Positions 18,732 through 27,978 are shown, numbered from the stretch's first letter. The stretch: DNA of 64,000 nucleotides from Candidatus Magasanikiibacteriota bacterium (GCA_041665405.1 JBAYIZ010000006.1:407-64406); one strand, 5' to 3'. The notes: generated by a model not told the origin, from the letters alone. Program-made: numbers and translations.

Positions 18732-19125
18732 TCCAACCGAAAAAAACGGCTTTGTAATATTACTGAGCGTGCTTATCATGGGCTCGGTTGGTTTGGCTGT
18801 GGCATTGTATTTATTATCTGCCGGCCTTACTTCCTCTCAAAACGGCTCAGTTTTAGAATTATCTAATCAGGCGAAAGCTCTCTCGAATGCATGTGCAGAA
18901 ATTGGTTTAGCAAAAATCGCCAACTGTACATCTACTGTTGGAACTTTTGAGACAATCATCGATGAAAGTAAATGTTCATATTCTATAATCCAAACCGGTG
19001 ACAATGGCCGAACTTTGACCAGCCAAGCGACTCAAAATGATTTAACTAGAAAAATTAAGATTGAAGTTGGACAAGTCAGCCCGATAATAACTATTAATTC
19101 ATGGCAAGAAGTCGCTGGTTTTTAA
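18706..19125 (+). CDS. PilX/GspK-like minor pilin (no Glu5)
   Basis: NGFVILLSVLIMGSVGLAVALYLL hydrophobic N-terminus lacking E at +5. The start is uncertain (18652 or 18706). Confidence 0.45.
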   Translation: MILPHYENNPTEKNGFVILLSVLIMGSVGLAVALYLLSAGLTSSQNGSVLELSNQAKALSNACAEIGLAKIANCTSTVGTFETIIDESKCSYSIIQTGDNGRTLTSQATQNDLTRKIKIEVGQVSPIITINSWQEVAGF

Positions 19126-19175
19126 AATAAATACAAACTCTCCAAATTATGATATAATTTGTATGAGAAAATTTT

Positions 19176-20888
19176 ATGAAAAATAAGTTTGGTTTTACAT
19201 TGTTAGAAATTTTATTGGTTGTAGCTACTATGAGTGTGCTGGCAGGTATTGTGATTGTCGCTGTTAATCCCAGCAGACAGCTTGGAGCCGCCCGCAACGC
19301 TACACGCCAAGCGGATATGGGTTCAATTTTGGGTGCGCTTTATCAATATTCACTTGATCATGATAATTTCTTCCCTACCTCTACTGACAACACTTTGAGA
19401 ATGTTGGGCACGAACACGGCTGGATGCGCGATAGATTGTAGTGGGGCGTCCGACCAGGGAGTAGGAGAAACTCCTGCTGTTACCATCACTGACCAGACTC
19501 AAGCAGATTTTCTTCTTGGACCAAAGGCCTCTACATACTATGATTCAACTGGGGGTTATCTAAAACTATCTGCCAATGCTATTTCTGGCACATACACATC
19601 CAATATAAAAAATTCAAATGAATCTTTGGCGATTTGGAATACTCTAGGATGGACAACCAATCGCCCTATTCAAAAAGAACTACCAAATAATGGCCAAACT
19701 GAAACTGGATATCCATCTGGCAACGCCAACATGTCTGACAATGTTTTATTACTACATTTCAACGAACCAAGCGGTGCGGCTAGCTTCACTGATAGCTCAG
19801 GTAATGGTAACGATGCAAGTTGTGGTGGAGTTTGCCCAAACACTATTAACAATGGACTATTTAATAATTCCATAAATTTTTCTGACACCGCAGATGATTA
19901 TTTAGTTGTTGCCGATAGTGATAGTTTAGATCTTACTAATAAGGCGACAATTGAATTTTGGATAAAACCTAGTAAATTAACAATACCTGTTGTTAATGGT
20001 AATCAGTATGCCATAATACTTTATAAAGGCGCTCTTTATGCAAACAGGTCTCTTAATTTTGATAAAATAGCTTTTTGGTTAACAAGTTTTGGACAACATT
20101 ATCTGCGTATATATGTTGGCAATCCTGCGGGAGGGACAAAAATTTTCGACATTAAATATATATCTCCAACCAAGTGGAATCATGTAGTATTTACTTTTGA
20201 TAATGGTACAGCAAAAGCTTATGTTAATGGCATAAAGGGACCTTCCAATTTGGTCGGCACACCAGTTCCTGAGGAAAATAATTTTGGTTTTCCAGCAATG
20301 CAAGCAAATAACCATAATTTATACATAGCTGGAATAATAAGTGATAGATTAGATGCGGCTCTCGATGATGTTGCGATGTATAAACGAGCATTAACTCAAA
20401 CAGAAATTACGGATCATTATATTCGTGGTGCCGCCAGATTAAAATTCCAAACACGATTCTGCCAAGACGAAATTTGTTCCTCCAACCCTGGTTTTATCGG
20501 CCCAGATGGTACATCCAATAGTTATTTTTCTAATTCGCTTAATCCCGCTACACTTAGCGGAATGAATGGACAATATTTTCAATATAAAGCAACCTTGGAA
20601 AGCGATAAAGCTGGAGTTTCCCCAGAATTAAAGACTGTTTCTGCGTCCTACAAAATAGGCAGTGCTGAACCACAAGTAATAGGCACTTTTAGCTCTTCCT
20701 CCACGGCCGAATCCTGTTTAGATCTTTCGCCAGAATTGGTCAGCGACTATTTAAGCGCCATTCCGTTTGATCCAAAATTTGGTAGTCCAGCCAAAACTTA
20801 TTATGCAGTCCAAAAAGGCGCTGGCGGGAGAATGATGATGCAGGCTTGTGGATCGGAAAACGGAGAGAGTATAATAGTGTCACGCTAA
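19176..20888 (+). CDS. large type IV pilin with C-terminal concanavalin/LamG-like domain (570 aa)
   Basis: MKNKFGFTLLEILLVVATMSVLAGIVIVAVNP class III signal with conserved pilin helix. Central LamG-like block (LVVADSDSLDLTNKATIEFWIKPSK...) followed by a Cys-containing C-terminus. Confidence 0.75.
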   Translation: MKNKFGFTLLEILLVVATMSVLAGIVIVAVNPSRQLGAARNATRQADMGSILGALYQYSLDHDNFFPTSTDNTLRMLGTNTAGCAIDCSGASDQGVGETPAVTITDQTQADFLLGPKASTYYDSTGGYLKLSANAISGTYTSNIKNSNESLAIWNTLGWTTNRPIQKELPNNGQTETGYPSGNANMSDNVLLLHFNEPSGAASFTDSSGNGNDASCGGVCPNTINNGLFNNSINFSDTADDYLVVADSDSLDLTNKATIEFWIKPSKLTIPVVNGNQYAIILYKGALYANRSLNFDKIAFWLTSFGQHYLRIYVGNPAGGTKIFDIKYISPTKWNHVVFTFDNGTAKAYVNGIKGPSNLVGTPVPEENNFGFPAMQANNHNLYIAGIISDRLDAALDDVAMYKRALTQTEITDHYIRGAARLKFQTRFCQDEICSSNPGFIGPDGTSNSYFSNSLNPATLSGMNGQYFQYKATLESDKAGVSPELKTVSASYKIGSAEPQVIGTFSSSSTAESCLDLSPELVSDYLSAIPFDPKFGSPAKTYYAVQKGAGGRMMMQACGSENGESIIVSR

Positions 20889-20920
20889 TAATTCAATTTA
20901 TAAATTAATAATTTTTATAT

Positions 20921-21367
20921 ATGCAAAATCAAAGAGGTTTTACGCTGTTGGAAATTTTGTTGGTGGTAGCGGCGATTGCCATCTTGGCAGGTATCGTCAT
21001 TGTGGCCATCAATCCAGCAAAACAATTGGCAGACACACGCAATGCGCAACGACGAGTGGATGTTAATACTATATTAAACGCCATTTACCAATATGCAATA
21101 GACAATAGAGGAAATATGCCTCCTGACATCACCACTACAAAAACTGAAATTTGTAAAAGTCAAAATGGTAGTGCGTGTGCAGACGCCGCCTTGGTTGATT
21201 TGTCTCCTGTAACTGTCAACGAGGTTTATATTACAGCCATCCCAAGCGATCCTAGCATTGCCACCACAAATGGCACCGGATATTTTATTTCTAAAACTGC
21301 CAATAATCGCATTACTGTTGAAGCAACCGGCGAACCAGCCAGTCAAATTATCTCCGTAACTAGATAA
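20921..21367 (+). CDS. type IV major pilin candidate (148 aa)
   Basis: MQNQRGFTLLEILLVVAAIAILAGIVIVAINPAKQLADTRNAQRRVDVNTILNAIYQYA; C-terminal disulfide pair. Confidence 0.8.
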   Translation: MQNQRGFTLLEILLVVAAIAILAGIVIVAINPAKQLADTRNAQRRVDVNTILNAIYQYAIDNRGNMPPDITTTKTEICKSQNGSACADAALVDLSPVTVNEVYITAIPSDPSIATTNGTGYFISKTANNRITVEATGEPASQIISVTR

Positions 21368-21369
21368 TT

Positions 21370-22734
21370 ATGCCCTCTCCGGCACAAAAAAGAATTGACG
21401 GCGACATCCACATCACCCTATTAATATTAGGGTGGGTGTTTTTGTTAATCAATTTGATGCTGGCCTATTCATTCAAAAATATTTTAGACAGACAATTATC
21501 AATGTTGGTCGGTGGCGCCTTTTTGATGCAGGGACTTTTTCTTTTATTAACTGCCACATACTTTTCTCACACCATAAAAGCGGCCAAAAAAGTTACTGAA
21601 GAATTGGAATTGGCAAAAATAAAAATAGAAACCGAAAAAGCCAAAGATGAGGCACTATTAAACAGCATTGGCGATGGTGTGGTAGCGACTGATAATACTG
21701 GGGCAATTATTTTTATTAACAAAGTCGCCGAAGAAATGTTGTCTTGGACGGGTGCAGTAATAGGAGAAAAATTGGGTGAGATTTCCTTGTTGACTAACGC
21801 CAATGGAGAACATATTTCAATAGAAAAACACCCACTACACCTGAGTTTAGAAACAAAAAAACAAGTAGTTACCAAGGACTATCGATTTGTGCGTGAAGGC
21901 AAAGTGGATCTGGCAGTATACATCAGTGCCACACCAGTAATTCTCAAAGACGAGGTTGTCGGGGCTATCGAAGTTTTCCGTGATATTACCAAAGAAAAAG
22001 AAATAGACCAAGCCAAAAGTGAATTCGTCTCGTTGGCCTCACACCAATTACGCACTCCCCTATCTACTGTAAATTGGTATACAGAAATGTTGTTGGCCGG
22101 TGATGCAGGAAAAATGAATGCTGAACAAAAAAAATATTTGCGCGAAATCTATGATAGTAACAATCGCATGATTGATTTGGTAAACACGTTGCTAAATGTA
22201 TCGCGTATTGAAATGGGGACCTTCAAAGTAAAACCAGAACCAATAAAAATCAGCGAAGTAATAGAATCGCTTTTAAGTGAATTGTCCGTACAAACTTCCC
22301 AACATAAATTAAAAGTGGAAAAAAAGTTTGGCAAGGATGTTCCAACTATCAATGCCGACCCTAGCTTGATTAGAATTATTATACAAAATCTTTTATCCAA
22401 TGCGGTGAAATATACACCCGATGGTGGAAAAATATCCGCCGAAGTGATGCGTCGTCCACACGATGTCATGATTGAAATAAAAGATAGCGGTTATGGTATT
22501 CCAAAAAACCAGCAAGATAAAATTTTTAATAAAATGTTTCGCGCCGAAAATGTGAAGGATAAAATTACGGATGGCAACGGGCTAGGGCTTTATTCCACTA
22601 AAGCAATAGTGGAACAATCCGGTGGAAAAATTTGGTTTGAATCAGAAGAAAACAAAGGCACTTCGTTTTTTGTTACTATTCCGCTAACAGATCCAAAGAA
22701 AAAAATCGGCAAGAAAAATTTATCGGCCTTTTAA
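21370..22734 (+). CDS. membrane sensor histidine kinase with PAS domain
   Basis: Two TM helices, PAS segment, H-box SHQLRTPLSTVNWYTEML, HATPase N/G boxes (LLSNAVKYT, GNGLGLYSTKAIVEQSGGKIW). Confidence 0.85.
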   Translation: MPSPAQKRIDGDIHITLLILGWVFLLINLMLAYSFKNILDRQLSMLVGGAFLMQGLFLLLTATYFSHTIKAAKKVTEELELAKIKIETEKAKDEALLNSIGDGVVATDNTGAIIFINKVAEEMLSWTGAVIGEKLGEISLLTNANGEHISIEKHPLHLSLETKKQVVTKDYRFVREGKVDLAVYISATPVILKDEVVGAIEVFRDITKEKEIDQAKSEFVSLASHQLRTPLSTVNWYTEMLLAGDAGKMNAEQKKYLREIYDSNNRMIDLVNTLLNVSRIEMGTFKVKPEPIKISEVIESLLSELSVQTSQHKLKVEKKFGKDVPTINADPSLIRIIIQNLLSNAVKYTPDGGKISAEVMRRPHDVMIEIKDSGYGIPKNQQDKIFNKMFRAENVKDKITDGNGLGLYSTKAIVEQSGGKIWFESEENKGTSFFVTIPLTDPKKKIGKKNLSAF

Positions 22735-22772
22735 TTTATTAAAAACTCCTACGGAGCTCGACCCTAGAAATT

Positions 22773-23159
22773 ATGAAAAATACCAAAAAAATTTTAATAG
22801 TGGAAGACGAAAAACCAATCGTCGAAGCTCTCACTATTAAACTTACTAAAGAAGGCTACGAGCCACATTTTGCCACAACTGGAGAAGCTGGGTTGGCTTT
22901 GACAAAAGATCTTCACCCAGACTTAATTTTGTTAGATTTCATTCTGCCAGATATGGACGGCTTGTCATTCCTCAAAACCCTGCGGCTGGATAAATGGGGC
23001 AAATCTGCTCAAGTGCTAATATTGACCAACCTCAGTGATGGCAAAATAGCCGACGAAGTGGCTGAATATGGGGTTTTTGACTATCTGATCAAAGCCGACT
23101 GGCGCCTAGACGATGTGGTGAAGAAGGTGAAAGAAAAAGTAGGCAGAGGAAACAAATAA
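22773..23159 (+). CDS. stand-alone response regulator receiver (REC-only)
   Basis: ILIVEDEKPIVEAL...LILLDFILPDMDGL; 128 aa; paralogous to 13824..14198. Confidence 0.8.
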   Translation: MKNTKKILIVEDEKPIVEALTIKLTKEGYEPHFATTGEAGLALTKDLHPDLILLDFILPDMDGLSFLKTLRLDKWGKSAQVLILTNLSDGKIADEVAEYGVFDYLIKADWRLDDVVKKVKEKVGRGNK

Positions 23160-23175
23160 CTCCACAAACAAAAAC

Positions 23176-23215
23176 ATCCCGACTAAATCGAGATGTTTTA
23201 TTTTTAAAGCGTTTA
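23176..23215 (+). terminator. intrinsic terminator after the REC gene (imperfect 8-bp stem + TTTTATTTTT)
   Basis: CATCCCGA-CTAAA-TCGAGATG followed by a T-run. Confidence 0.45.
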
Positions 23216-23348
23216 TATCACTCGCACAATCTGAAAACAAATTTTATTTTCAAATTGCGCGGCGAGTGACATCTACCGCGTCTGCCCCACCGCCCGCTTG
23301 TAGCGAGTGGGGCTACGATGGCTAGTCTCTACAAATTAGCCCTTCCAT

Positions 23349-23822
23349 CTAGAAGGTGCCCGCCCCCAAGGCGAGTTGGACCTCCCATCCGAAGGAGTTC
23401 TTCTCCACGACGTCCTGTTGCCAGCCGACAGGGGCTTTCAGGAAAACGCGGGCACGCCACAGCTTCATACTGACCATCGGACCAGCCCCGTACAACAGCC
23501 CGTCGTTGCCCTTCTGTCCAGAAAGGACCCCGCCGAAGTTGAACGTGAGCCCATCAACGATCACGTCATAGGTGACGCCGTAGGCCATGCCGTAGCCCGA
23601 TACTTGGGTCGGAACCCAGAACTGGGCGAAGTGGGTCGTGTGACCATCCGGCTGGACCAAGTAGAGGCCCATGCCGATGTCGGTGCCGTCCTCAAACCCG
23701 GCGTGTTGCACGAACAGGCCGGCCCCACCAGTCTCCGGACCAGGACCCTCAGCCAGGGCGACTGAAGGAACTGCGAAAAGGACGACGCTCACGATGACGA
23801 AAAACCACGCGATGTGCTTCAT
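23349..23822 (-). CDS. GC-rich secreted beta-barrel outer-membrane-protein-like protein (OmpW/OMP_b-brl-like), GC island 2
   Basis: About 62% GC. Signal peptide MKHIAWFFVIVSVVLFAVPSVALA. Gly/aromatic-rich alternating strands and a C-terminal aromatic ...LALGAGTF. Start taken at the internal ATG at 23822, where the GC content begins. Confidence 0.5.
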   Translation of the reverse strand: MKHIAWFFVIVSVVLFAVPSVALAEGPGPETGGAGLFVQHAGFEDGTDIGMGLYLVQPDGHTTHFAQFWVPTQVSGYGMAYGVTYDVIVDGLTFNFGGVLSGQKGNDGLLYGAGPMVSMKLWRARVFLKAPVGWQQDVVEKNSFGWEVQLALGAGTF

Positions 23823-23994
23823 GGATTTACTCCGAAAACTAGAGTTCATCGGTACCCAGCCGACACACCACGCGACAATCATTGTCGAGAGGTAAGGGTG
23901 ATTATTTATTCCTATATACATTAGAAATACATAATTTCCTTTACCTCTTTGAGACATTATTTATCCATTATAATTTAAAAAGAACTAACTGAAC

Positions 23995-24023
23995 AGTATC
24001 ACACAAAACAATCAAATTGTCAA
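23995..24023 (-). promoter_or_regulatory. promoter TTGACA-17-(TGt)GATACT reading leftward toward the GC island 2 gene
   Basis: Reverse complement TTGACAATTTGATTGTTTTGTGTGATACT. The spacer shares TTGTTTTGTG with the island 1 promoter. Confidence 0.45.
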
Positions 24024-24032
24024 CATCTCTAT

Positions 24033-24061
24033 TGACAAACCCGCCTAAATATTATATTATC
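24033..24061 (+). promoter_or_regulatory. promoter TTGACA-17-TATTAT for the rpsL-rpsG-fusA operon
   Basis: Consensus -35 and near-consensus -10, 150 nt upstream of rpsL. Confidence 0.5.
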
Positions 24062-24207
24062 TACACAGAACTAGTCCTAAACCATCGTATGTATCTGATA
24101 CTTTGGCTAGGGGCGGACCAAAAGAATCGTGGCTGATTATATATGGTCAGTTTTTTTGTTATATTAAATCCGGCAAATCATCTAAGATTAGCCAAATTAA
24201 TTAAATT

Positions 24208-24636
24208 ATGCCTACAGTAAACCAATTGGTTAAAAAGGGTCGCATTAGCAAAGCCCGCAAGACCAAAGTACCGGCATTGCAATTTACCATTGATAACTTG
24301 CACCGCCGAAAAACCGTATTCGCCAAAGGCTGCGCCTTCAAAAGAGGTGTTTGCACTAAGGTATATACAACAACTCCTAAAAAACCTAACTCTGCTTTGC
24401 GTAAAGTCGCCAAAGTTCGTATGAGCAATGGATCAGAAGTTATCGCATATATCCCAGGTGAAGGTCACAATCTACAGGAACACTCTATCGTGCTTTTGCG
24501 CGGTGGTCGTGTAAAAGATCTTCCAGGTGTACGTTACCATATTGTTCGTGGTGTTTATGATGCTCAAGGTATCGAAAAACGCCGCCGCAGTCGCAGTATT
24601 TATGGTACAAAACGTCCAAAAGCAGCAAAGAAATAA
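24208..24636 (+). CDS. rpsL: 30S ribosomal protein S12
   Basis: [12 protein letters not shown]...[11 protein letters not shown]...HNLQEHS; highly conserved. Confidence 0.95.
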   Translation: MPTVNQLVKKGRISKARKTKVPALQFTIDNLHRRKTVFAKGCAFKRGVCTKVYTTTPKKPNSALRKVAKVRMSNGSEVIAYIPGEGHNLQEHSIVLLRGGRVKDLPGVRYHIVRGVYDAQGIEKRRRSRSIYGTKRPKAAKK

Positions 24637-24669
24637 TTTAGTCACCTAAAAATTTGAATTTATTAAAAT

Positions 24670-25146
24670 ATGAGAGGAAAGCAATCAAAACAACGAGTTA
24701 TTGCTCCGGATCCAAAATATGGAAGCGTATTGGTGGCTAAATTCACCAACTTCTTGATGGAACGAGGCAAGAAATCAGTGGCTCAAGATATTTTTTATTC
24801 TGCTATGGATAAAATCGCTACTGATACAAAGAAAGATCCAATCAAAATTTTTGAAGAGGCAATCAATGTCATCCGCCCACAGGTAGAGGTTCGTTCTCGC
24901 CGTGTTGGTGGTGCCAACTACCAAGTACCACTTCCAGTTCGTGGTGAACGTCAAAATGCTTTGGCTTTCCGCTGGATTATCGGTGCTGCTCGCAACAAAA
25001 AAGGCCAACCAATGTTCCAAAAGCTTGCAACTGTATTAATGGATGCTCAACAAAATACTGGTGATGCCGTAAAGAAACGCGATGACGTACATCGCATGGC
25101 CGAAGCCAACAAGGCTTTTGCGCATTTCGCACGCTTTGCTAAATAA
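24670..25146 (+). CDS. rpsG: 30S ribosomal protein S7
   Basis: C-terminus KKRDDVHRMAEANKAFAHF matches S7 closely. Confidence 0.95.
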   Translation: MRGKQSKQRVIAPDPKYGSVLVAKFTNFLMERGKKSVAQDIFYSAMDKIATDTKKDPIKIFEEAINVIRPQVEVRSRRVGGANYQVPLPVRGERQNALAFRWIIGAARNKKGQPMFQKLATVLMDAQQNTGDAVKKRDDVHRMAEANKAFAHFARFAK

Positions 25147-25155
25147 AAATTCCGC

Positions 25156-25240
25156 AAAGGGTAACTTTTTCGCTTTTTTTGCCCGCGAGGGCAAAAGGAT
25201 GAGCCTCGGCTCATAACCCGCTCAAAAGTAACCCTTTGCT
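25156..25240 (+). ncRNA. structured repeat R2 copy A: conserved 54-nt core (CGCUUUUUUUGCCCGCGAGGGCAAAAGGAUGAGCCUCGGCUCAUAACCCGCUC) closed by a copy-specific outer stem
   Basis: The core recurs at 38665-38718 and 48363-48415 with compensatory changes in two internal hairpins (GNRA loop GCGA; tetraloop CUCG/CGCG). The outer stem here is GGGUAAC.../...GUAACCC. Confidence 0.55.
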
Positions 25241-25266
25241 CCATTTTAAATTAACATAACAAACTT

Positions 25267-27342
25267 ATGCCTCGTGAATATTCACTAGACAAAACACGTA
25301 ACATTGGTATTGCAGCTCACATCGACGCTGGTAAAACAACCACCACAGAACGTGTGCTTTTTTATACCGGTAAAAAACACAAAATTGGTGAGGTGCACGA
25401 AGGTGCCGCTGAAATGGACTGGATGGAACAAGAAAAAGAACGTGGTATTACTATTACTTCTGCCGCCACTACTTGTTTCTGGAAAGATCACCGCATCAAC
25501 ATCATCGACACTCCTGGACACGTAGACTTTACCGTAGAAGTAGAGCGCTCTTTGCGCGTGCTTGACGGTGCTGTCGCTGTGTTTGATGGATCTCAAGGTG
25601 TAGAACCACAGTCTGAAACTGTGTGGCACCAAGCTGACAAATATAATGTACCTCGCGTTCCTTTTATTAATAAAATGGATAAGTTGGGTGCAGATTTTTA
25701 TATGTGCATGGACTCAATCCATGAGCGTTTATCAAAAAACGCCTACGCCATTCAGTTACCACTTGGCGCTGATAGTACTTTTGAAGGTTTGATTGATGTG
25801 ATCGAAAGCAAAGCTTACCATTTCGAAGGAAAAAATGGTGAAATTGTTGTTGAGATTCCAATTCCAGCCGACATGGTAGAAAAAGTAAAAGAATATCGCA
25901 CAAAGTTGGTAGAAAAAGTTTCAGAGGCTAGTGACGAATTGATGGAAAAGTATTTGAATGGTCAAGAACTATCTGTCGACGAAATCAAAAAAGCTATCCG
26001 CACTTTAACTTTGAAAAATTTATTGTACCCAGTTATCTGTGGTTCTGCTTTGGCAAACATCGGCGTCCAATTTATGTTGGATGCAGTTGTAAGTTATTTG
26101 CCAGCCCCAACAGATTTGCCTCCAACCAAAGGTATTAATCCTGACACTGATGCTGAAGAAGTTCGCAATCCATCTGATGACGAGCCTTTCTCCGCTTTGG
26201 CTTTCAAGATCATGACCGATCCTTTTGTTGGTAAGTTGGTTTTCTTCCGCGTATACTCAGGACATGTTTCTGCTGGCAGTTATTTGCACAACGCTACAAC
26301 TGGCGAACGCAGTCGTTTGGGTCGCATTGTTCGTATGCATGCCAATCACCGTGAAGATGTGACTGACGTTTACTCTGGTGAAATTGCAGCTGCCATCGGT
26401 CTCAAGGATGTCACTACTGGCGATACTCTTTGTGACGAAGAACATCCAATCGTCTTAGAAAAAATTATCTTCCCAGAACCAGTTATTTCTGTGGCTATCG
26501 AACCAAAAACAAAACAGGACCAAGAGCGTATTGGTATGGCTATGCAGAAATTGGCTGAAGAAGACCCAACCTTCCGCATCAAGACTGATGAAGAAACTTT
26601 GCAAACCATTATTTCCGGCATGGGCGAGTTGCATTTGGACATTATCGTGGATCGCATGAAACGCGAGTTCAAGGTAGAAGCCAATGTTGGTGCCCCTCAG
26701 GTTGCCTACAAAGAAACTATCCGCACTACTGCCGAAGCTGAAGGAAAATACATCAAACAGTCTGGTGGTAAGGGTCAATTTGGCCATTGTTATCTCACTG
26801 TTGAGCCCCAAGAAGCTGGCAAAGGATTCGAGTTTGTCGATGAAATCAAAGGCGGAACAATTCCTCGTGAATTTATCCCTGCCATTGAAAAAGGTGTTAA
26901 AGAATCCCTAACTCGCGGTATTCAAGCTGGTTACCCGGTAGTAGACATCAAAGTAACTGTTACTGATGGCTCATACCATGAGGTGGATTCCTCTGAAATG
27001 GCTTTCAAAATGGCCGGATCGATGGCTTTCCAGACAGCTTGTAAAAAGGCCAACCCGGTGATTATGGAGCCTATTATGAAAGTCGAGGTAGTTACCCCAG
27101 AACAATATATGGGTGACTGCATCGGCGACTTAAACAGTAAACGTGGCCAAATACAAGAAATGTTTGACCGTGGCCAGATGAAGGTTGTGAAGGCAATGGT
27201 GCCTCTTGCGTCCATGTTTGGCTATGTCACCTCTTTGCGCTCTATGTCACAAGGTCGCGCTAGTTCCTCTATGGAATTCGATCACTATGCAGATGTTCCA
27301 GGTAATGTGGCTCAAAACATTGTCGCTGGAAAACAGAAATAA
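25267..27342 (+). CDS. fusA: elongation factor G
   Basis: G1 [18 protein letters not shown]; 691 aa. Confidence 0.95.
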   Translation: MPREYSLDKTRNIGIAAHIDAGKTTTTERVLFYTGKKHKIGEVHEGAAEMDWMEQEKERGITITSAATTCFWKDHRINIIDTPGHVDFTVEVERSLRVLDGAVAVFDGSQGVEPQSETVWHQADKYNVPRVPFINKMDKLGADFYMCMDSIHERLSKNAYAIQLPLGADSTFEGLIDVIESKAYHFEGKNGEIVVEIPIPADMVEKVKEYRTKLVEKVSEASDELMEKYLNGQELSVDEIKKAIRTLTLKNLLYPVICGSALANIGVQFMLDAVVSYLPAPTDLPPTKGINPDTDAEEVRNPSDDEPFSALAFKIMTDPFVGKLVFFRVYSGHVSAGSYLHNATTGERSRLGRIVRMHANHREDVTDVYSGEIAAAIGLKDVTTGDTLCDEEHPIVLEKIIFPEPVISVAIEPKTKQDQERIGMAMQKLAEEDPTFRIKTDEETLQTIISGMGELHLDIIVDRMKREFKVEANVGAPQVAYKETIRTTAEAEGKYIKQSGGKGQFGHCYLTVEPQEAGKGFEFVDEIKGGTIPREFIPAIEKGVKESLTRGIQAGYPVVDIKVTVTDGSYHEVDSSEMAFKMAGSMAFQTACKKANPVIMEPIMKVEVVTPEQYMGDCIGDLNSKRGQIQEMFDRGQMKVVKAMVPLASMFGYVTSLRSMSQGRASSSMEFDHYADVPGNVAQNIVAGKQK

Positions 27343-27365
27343 TACACAAATTCAACTAAACAATA

Positions 27366-27392
27366 CCCACTTTCTAGACGAGGTGGGTTTTT
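27366..27392 (+). terminator. intrinsic terminator after fusA (CCCACTTTCTAGACGAGGTGGG + TTTTT)
   Basis: 6-bp GC stem plus U-run, 24 nt after the fusA stop. Confidence 0.65.
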
Positions 27393-27419
27393 GTTTATCA
27401 AACAATGATAATTACTAAA

Positions 27420-27443
27420 TTTGTATACACTAGTCTATACAAA
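27420..27443. repeat. 24-bp near-palindrome TTTGTATACACTAGTCTATACAAA (left inverted repeat)
   Basis: The exact reverse complement recurs at 27544-27567. The two brackets enclose about 100 bp containing two hairpins. Confidence 0.7.
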
Positions 27444-27543
27444 AGTGGATAAGTGTGTGCACAACTCCACTCTTGTGTGTATAACTTTTAACTGTTCGCC
27501 TTCTTAGCCACCCTTTTCTTGGCTAACCACAAAAGAAACTCTG

Positions 27544-27567
27544 TTTGTATAGACTAGTGTATACAAA
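27544..27567. repeat. 24-bp near-palindrome TTTGTATAGACTAGTGTATACAAA (right inverted repeat, exact RC of 27420-27443)
   Basis: Perfect 24/24 match to the reverse complement of the left copy. Confidence 0.7.
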
Positions 27568-27570
27568 TGG

Positions 27571-27599
27571 TTGACAAAACTCCGTTTGTGTGCTATACT
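27571..27599 (+). promoter_or_regulatory. promoter TTGACA-17-(TGc)TATACT
   Basis: TTGACAAAACTCCGTTTGTGTGCTATACT: consensus -35, 17-nt spacer, extended -10, immediately after the right inverted repeat. Confidence 0.55.
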
Positions 27600-27606
27600 T
27601 AAATTG

Positions 27607-27935
27607 TAGTTCTTTACTACAATTTATATGTCCACTTATCAGTGGACCAAACCCATCGAACTGCTAAATAGAGAAGGGGATTCACAACTGCTGTACAAAT
27701 ATATTGAAGCGGTAGTGGCGAATCCAAACTTCTTGTCCGGTAACCTCAATCTTTGCGTCAATCTGACCTTTTGTGTCAGAATTACGCCTGAGGTATTACC
27801 TTCAAGCGGTCGGGGGTATCACTGTCTTGGTCTATGACAGCTCATCTATATGGTGACTGCTCTGATCATGTACAGCGCCTATAAGGGCAAGAGCCTTAAA
27901 ACTATGTTTATCGGGTTACTATGCCCTTATTTTTT
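27607..27935 (+). ncRNA. candidate transcript of unknown function (about 330 nt, promoter to terminator) in place of the expected tuf gene; may be ncRNA or carry a 69-aa ORF (27628..27837)
   Basis: Bounded by the consensus promoter at 27571-27599 and a hairpin + T7 terminator (about 27880-27935). Internal hairpins (AATTGTAG...CTACAATT, GTCCACT...AGTGGAC). GC is about 43%, above background. The ORF has no SD. Confidence 0.3.
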
Positions 27936-27950
27936 TATAAATATTTTTAC

Positions 27951-27978
27951 TTGACTACATCCGCTAATCTGTTATAAT
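27951..27978 (+). promoter_or_regulatory. promoter TTGACT-16-TATAAT upstream of the dksA/traR-like gene
   Basis: Consensus hexamers 27 nt upstream of ATG 28005. Confidence 0.5.

Noticed and set aside
23356-23895. Plus-strand ORFs 23356..23571, 23376..23765, 23671..23895 inside GC island 2
   Set aside because: Same GC-artefact logic. They overlap the better-supported minus-strand OMP-like gene, which has a signal peptide and an SD.
25156-25240. R2 as a hammerhead or other named small ribozyme
   Set aside because: The core lacks the CUGAUGA...GAAA hammerhead signature. I cannot match it confidently to the twister, pistol or hatchet consensus from memory, so it is reported only as an unclassified structured element.
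27628-27837. 69-aa ORF as a confident protein gene
   Set aside because: No Shine-Dalgarno, although this genome often lacks one. There is no recognisable domain, and the region is equally compatible with a structured ncRNA. It is kept only as an alternative within the ncRNA candidate.
27607-27935. RNase P RNA, tmRNA, SRP or 6S RNA identity for the fusA-downstream transcript
   Set aside because: No GGAAAGUCCGG / GUAAGAGCGCACC (RNase P) motifs, no tRNA-like acceptor/T-arm and tag reading frame (tmRNA), and no domain IV GGAA/AGCA motif (SRP). The length is wrong for 6S.
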